From: Octopus sinensis
Lineage: Eukaryota
Assembly (NCBI RefSeq): GCF_006345805.1
Contig: NW_021833495.1
Coordinates: 1-28,108, forward strand
DNA: 28,108 bases
Direction: 5' to 3'
In this document: in pieces, positions 25,339-28,108 of the stretch
How positions within the stretch are numbered: position 1 is the stretch's first letter
How the letters are laid out: each line of letters opens with the position of its first letter
Position numbers and translations under genes: made by a program
Notes under the pieces: generated by a model
The model's database searches: none
Told to the model about the DNA's origin: nothing
The model's input: the letters and a program-made list of their open reading frames with translations, nothing else

Positions 25339-25760
25339 TACGATGGGTTTCCTTCAGTTTCTGTCTACCAAATCCACTCACATGGCTTTGGTCAGCCCGA
25401 GGCTATAGTAAAAGGTACTTGCCCAAGGTGCCATGCAGTGGGAATGAACCTGGAACCATGTGGTTGGTAAGCAAGCTACTTACCACACAGCCACTTCTAC
25501 ACCTGTGTAGCAATATGCAAAATCTCAAGTCTCTGGTCTTCATACTGTAAGATATTGGCAAACCTCTTCCTGTCTGCTTCTACCCTAGCAAGATAAATCT
25601 GGTACCTTGCTTCCCTTTCAGCTACCTAATATGATTCTTTGCTACCATCCCTTTTCCACACTTTCCAAACCCATTTCTTCTCTTTTATAGCCCTGTCAAC
25701 CTGATTGTTCCACCACCATATCACCTTTGATCTGGCAAAAGCTTTGCTCCAACCACAAAT
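23365..25760 (-). mobile_element. Old, heavily decayed RTE copy (family of 1-1566) interrupted by a SINE
   Basis: KFQVWRQSLESKSLEVNLAKAK, WMHNRCSG, WWWNNQVDRAIKEKK; tail-like sequence near 23365-23480. Confidence 0.8.
25046..25503 (-). mobile_element. Full-length tRNA-derived SINE with internal (TA)n(TG)n microsatellite
   Basis: Minus strand A box gtggctgtgtggtaag and B box ggttcattccc; 3' end gactgaaacaagtaaaa. Confidence 0.85.
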
Positions 25761-25949
25761 CATCATCATCATCATCATCATTTCACATCTGGGTTGGATA
25801 TTTGACAGGCTGGCTTGGCAGAAGATTGCATCAGGTTTCACTACCTGTTTTGGCAGGGGTTTTATGACTGGATGCCCTTGCTAACACCAACCAACTTATA
25901 GAGTGAACTGAATGATTGGAGAAACGAAAGAAAGAGGCACTCAATGCAT

Positions 25950-26071
25950 TTGACTAGGAATACGTATGTTAGTATTGAAAAACAGTTTGGTTTGACTCCA
26001 AGCAACCTAAAGTTTTGTAGGCTTGTCATATGAACCTAGCTCCTCAGACTTAGGTAATCAAATATATATTT

Positions 26072-26123
<52 letters not shown>

Positions 26124-26250
26124 GACTAGGAATATGTATGTTAGTATTGAAAAAACAGTTGGTTTGACTCCAAGCAACCTAAAGTTTTGTAGGCTTGTCA
26201 TATGGACCTAGCTCCTCAGACTTAGGTAATCAAATATATTTATTTTACAT
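25950..26250. repeat. ~125-bp tandem duplication separated by (TA)n; each copy has a hammerhead-like remnant on the - strand
   Basis: ttgactaggaata...cttaggtaatcaaatata at 25950 and 26122. Confidence 0.9.
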
Positions 26251-26884
26251 ATATAGATATATATAGTTGAAAAATTTCGTTATAGGTATAATATACCAAA
26301 AACAAGTATAAGAAAAAAAGGAGAAAAAATGATGTTGAATCAAAATTAGATTTAATACAAAATTGGATTCAATACATATGCACATTTTGAAAGACAAAAA
26401 TATATGTAAGAAAAAATTATAATTATAGTATTTATAATTAAATTTATGCATTGTCATTCTTATTAGTGTGAGGAATTTTTGGAAGAATATCAAAAAAGTT
26501 TAATAAAACAAAAAATTTTTTAAAATAAAGTAAAATGAAATAAAATAAGGTACAATGAGGGAGATAATAGGAAAAAATCGGATATTTACAAACAAGTTGT
26601 AAAAGGGAAAATTAATAATAGTGAGAGGGAAGAAAAAGAAAGACATATCAATGTGTATGCAAGTCTATATGTGCAGTAAACTATAACATAAAAATAAAAA
26701 TCTAACGGGTTGAGACGAAGTATAATATAAACAAACCCACATGTGTCTAGTAGAATATAACGCAACAGGTTCACTAGCAGAAAAAAGCCATAGAGAATTA
26801 TACATATATATATTAATATTGAAAAACGAAAAAATATATATATTACAAGAGGCTTAAACCTGAGAGACAAGGGTTAATATCTAG

Positions 26885-28108
26885 ATCCGCACCCGGTGGA
26901 AAAAATGGAAACGCAAATGTGTAACAGTTGTAAGGCATCGTATATTGACGTAATAAGACGGAAAAAAAGGGCACTGACGAACGGGGGGGGGGTCGGAAAA
27001 TTCCCAGGATCAACCTGGAATCTAAAATGTGTAACAGTTGTAAGGCATCGTATATTGACGGAATAAGACGTAAAAAAAGGGCGCTGACGAACGGGGTGGG
27101 TGTGGGGGGGGTCGGAAAATTCCCAGGATCAACCGTAGAGGATCCACGCCCAGGTGGCAAAAATGGAAAAAATATGTGTAAGAGGTGTAAGGCATCGTAT
27201 ATTGAGGAATATGACGAAAAAAAAGCGCGCGACAAACGGGGGGGGGGGGGAGGGCGCTCGGAAAATTGCCTACGATTTAAAGAAAAATTTACCATCAATT
27301 TTCACCATTTAAACGCATTGTTGGCATAAGGGAAGTAACTCTCTAAAAATCTCTATATATAAACGGCAGTTTTTCTGTGTGTCTGTCAGGTTGTACCCTC
27401 ACCCTGACCACGGCTTTCAACCGATTCTGATGAAACTTGACACACACATAGCCCAATGTCATAATTCAAAACTAACGCAGCGAAAATTTTGAAAAGTTCC
27501 CCCAGTTCTGAAAAAAAATCGATAAATTAAATTCGACTGGGGTCGAGAATTTCAATTTTTTTGCTATTTTCAATATTTTTGCTAAAAATGCTTTATAGTT
27601 ATTTCCCTTACAACCCGAGCAACGCCGGGCGATACTCAGCGCGCTTTTTTTCGTCATATTCCTTCAATATACGATGCCTTACACCTCTTGCACATATTTT
27701 TTCCATTTTTGCCACCTGGGCGTGGATCCTCTACGGTGTTGATCCTGGAATTTTCCGAGGCCCCCCCCCCCCCCCCCGTTTGTCAGCGCGCTTTTTTTTC
27801 GTCATATTCCTTCAATATACGATGCCTTACACCTCTTACACATATTTTTTCCATTTTTGCCACCTGGGCGTGGATCCTCTACGGTTGATCCTGGGAATTT
27901 TCCGACCCCCCACCCCACCCCCGTTCGTCAGCGCCCTTTTTTTACGTCTTATTCCGTCAATATACGATGCCTTACAACTGTTACACATTTTAGATTCCAG
28001 GTTGATCCTGGGAATTTTCCGACCCCCCCTTCCCCCACCCCCGTTCGTCAGCGCCCTTTTTTTACGTCTTATTCCGTCAATATACGATGCCTTACAACTG
28101 TTACACAT
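26885..28108. repeat. Mirror-symmetric minisatellite array (~110-150 bp units with G/C runs); foldback-like
   Basis: Core tgtaaggcatcgtatattga occurs 3 times on + (26885-27270) and at least 4 times on - (27638-28108). Confidence 0.9.
27350..27637 (+). mobile_element. Short Helitron-like element in the centre of the inverted array
   Basis: A|TCTCTATATATAAA start, ccgattctgatgaaacttg core, 3' hairpin cccgagcaacgccggg (27614-27629); terminal CTAG missing. Confidence 0.65.

Noticed and set aside
26885-28108. Repeated ~20-bp core with intervening sequence, superficially CRISPR-like; ORFs 27027-27329 and 27836-28108 with CxxC
   Set aside because: The intervening sequences are themselves repeated rather than unique spacers, there are no cas genes, the context is eukaryotic, and the ORFs are translations of the repeat.

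Overview
AT-rich animal genomic DNA. The SINE/RTE families and dense (TA)n/(CA)n/(ATC)n microsatellites resemble octopus/cephalopod genomes, but this is an inference from repeat style. Most of the window is nested, decayed transposable elements: RTE and CR1-group LINEs, Penelope-like elements (PLEs), a mariner, Helitrons and tRNA-derived SINEs. The only supportable host gene is a + strand immunoglobulin-superfamily gene, with a signal-peptide exon (5198-5252) spliced in phase 1 across a 16.7-kb intron to a symmetric Ig-domain exon (21972-22244). The most notable unannotated structures are: (i) two short non-coding, (TA)n-embedded, self-inverted elements (5782-6145, 6183-6870) that each carry a type I hammerhead ribozyme on the - strand, one canonical and one with a U3-A8 core variant, plus decayed hammerheads at 16537 and 26005/26177; (ii) a head-to-head CR1 palindrome whose arms share the same nonsense mutation; (iii) a mirror-symmetric G-run minisatellite array at the right edge. 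No prokaryotic-type system (CRISPR, operon) is present. Element boundaries were read by eye and are approximate unless a terminal motif is quoted.
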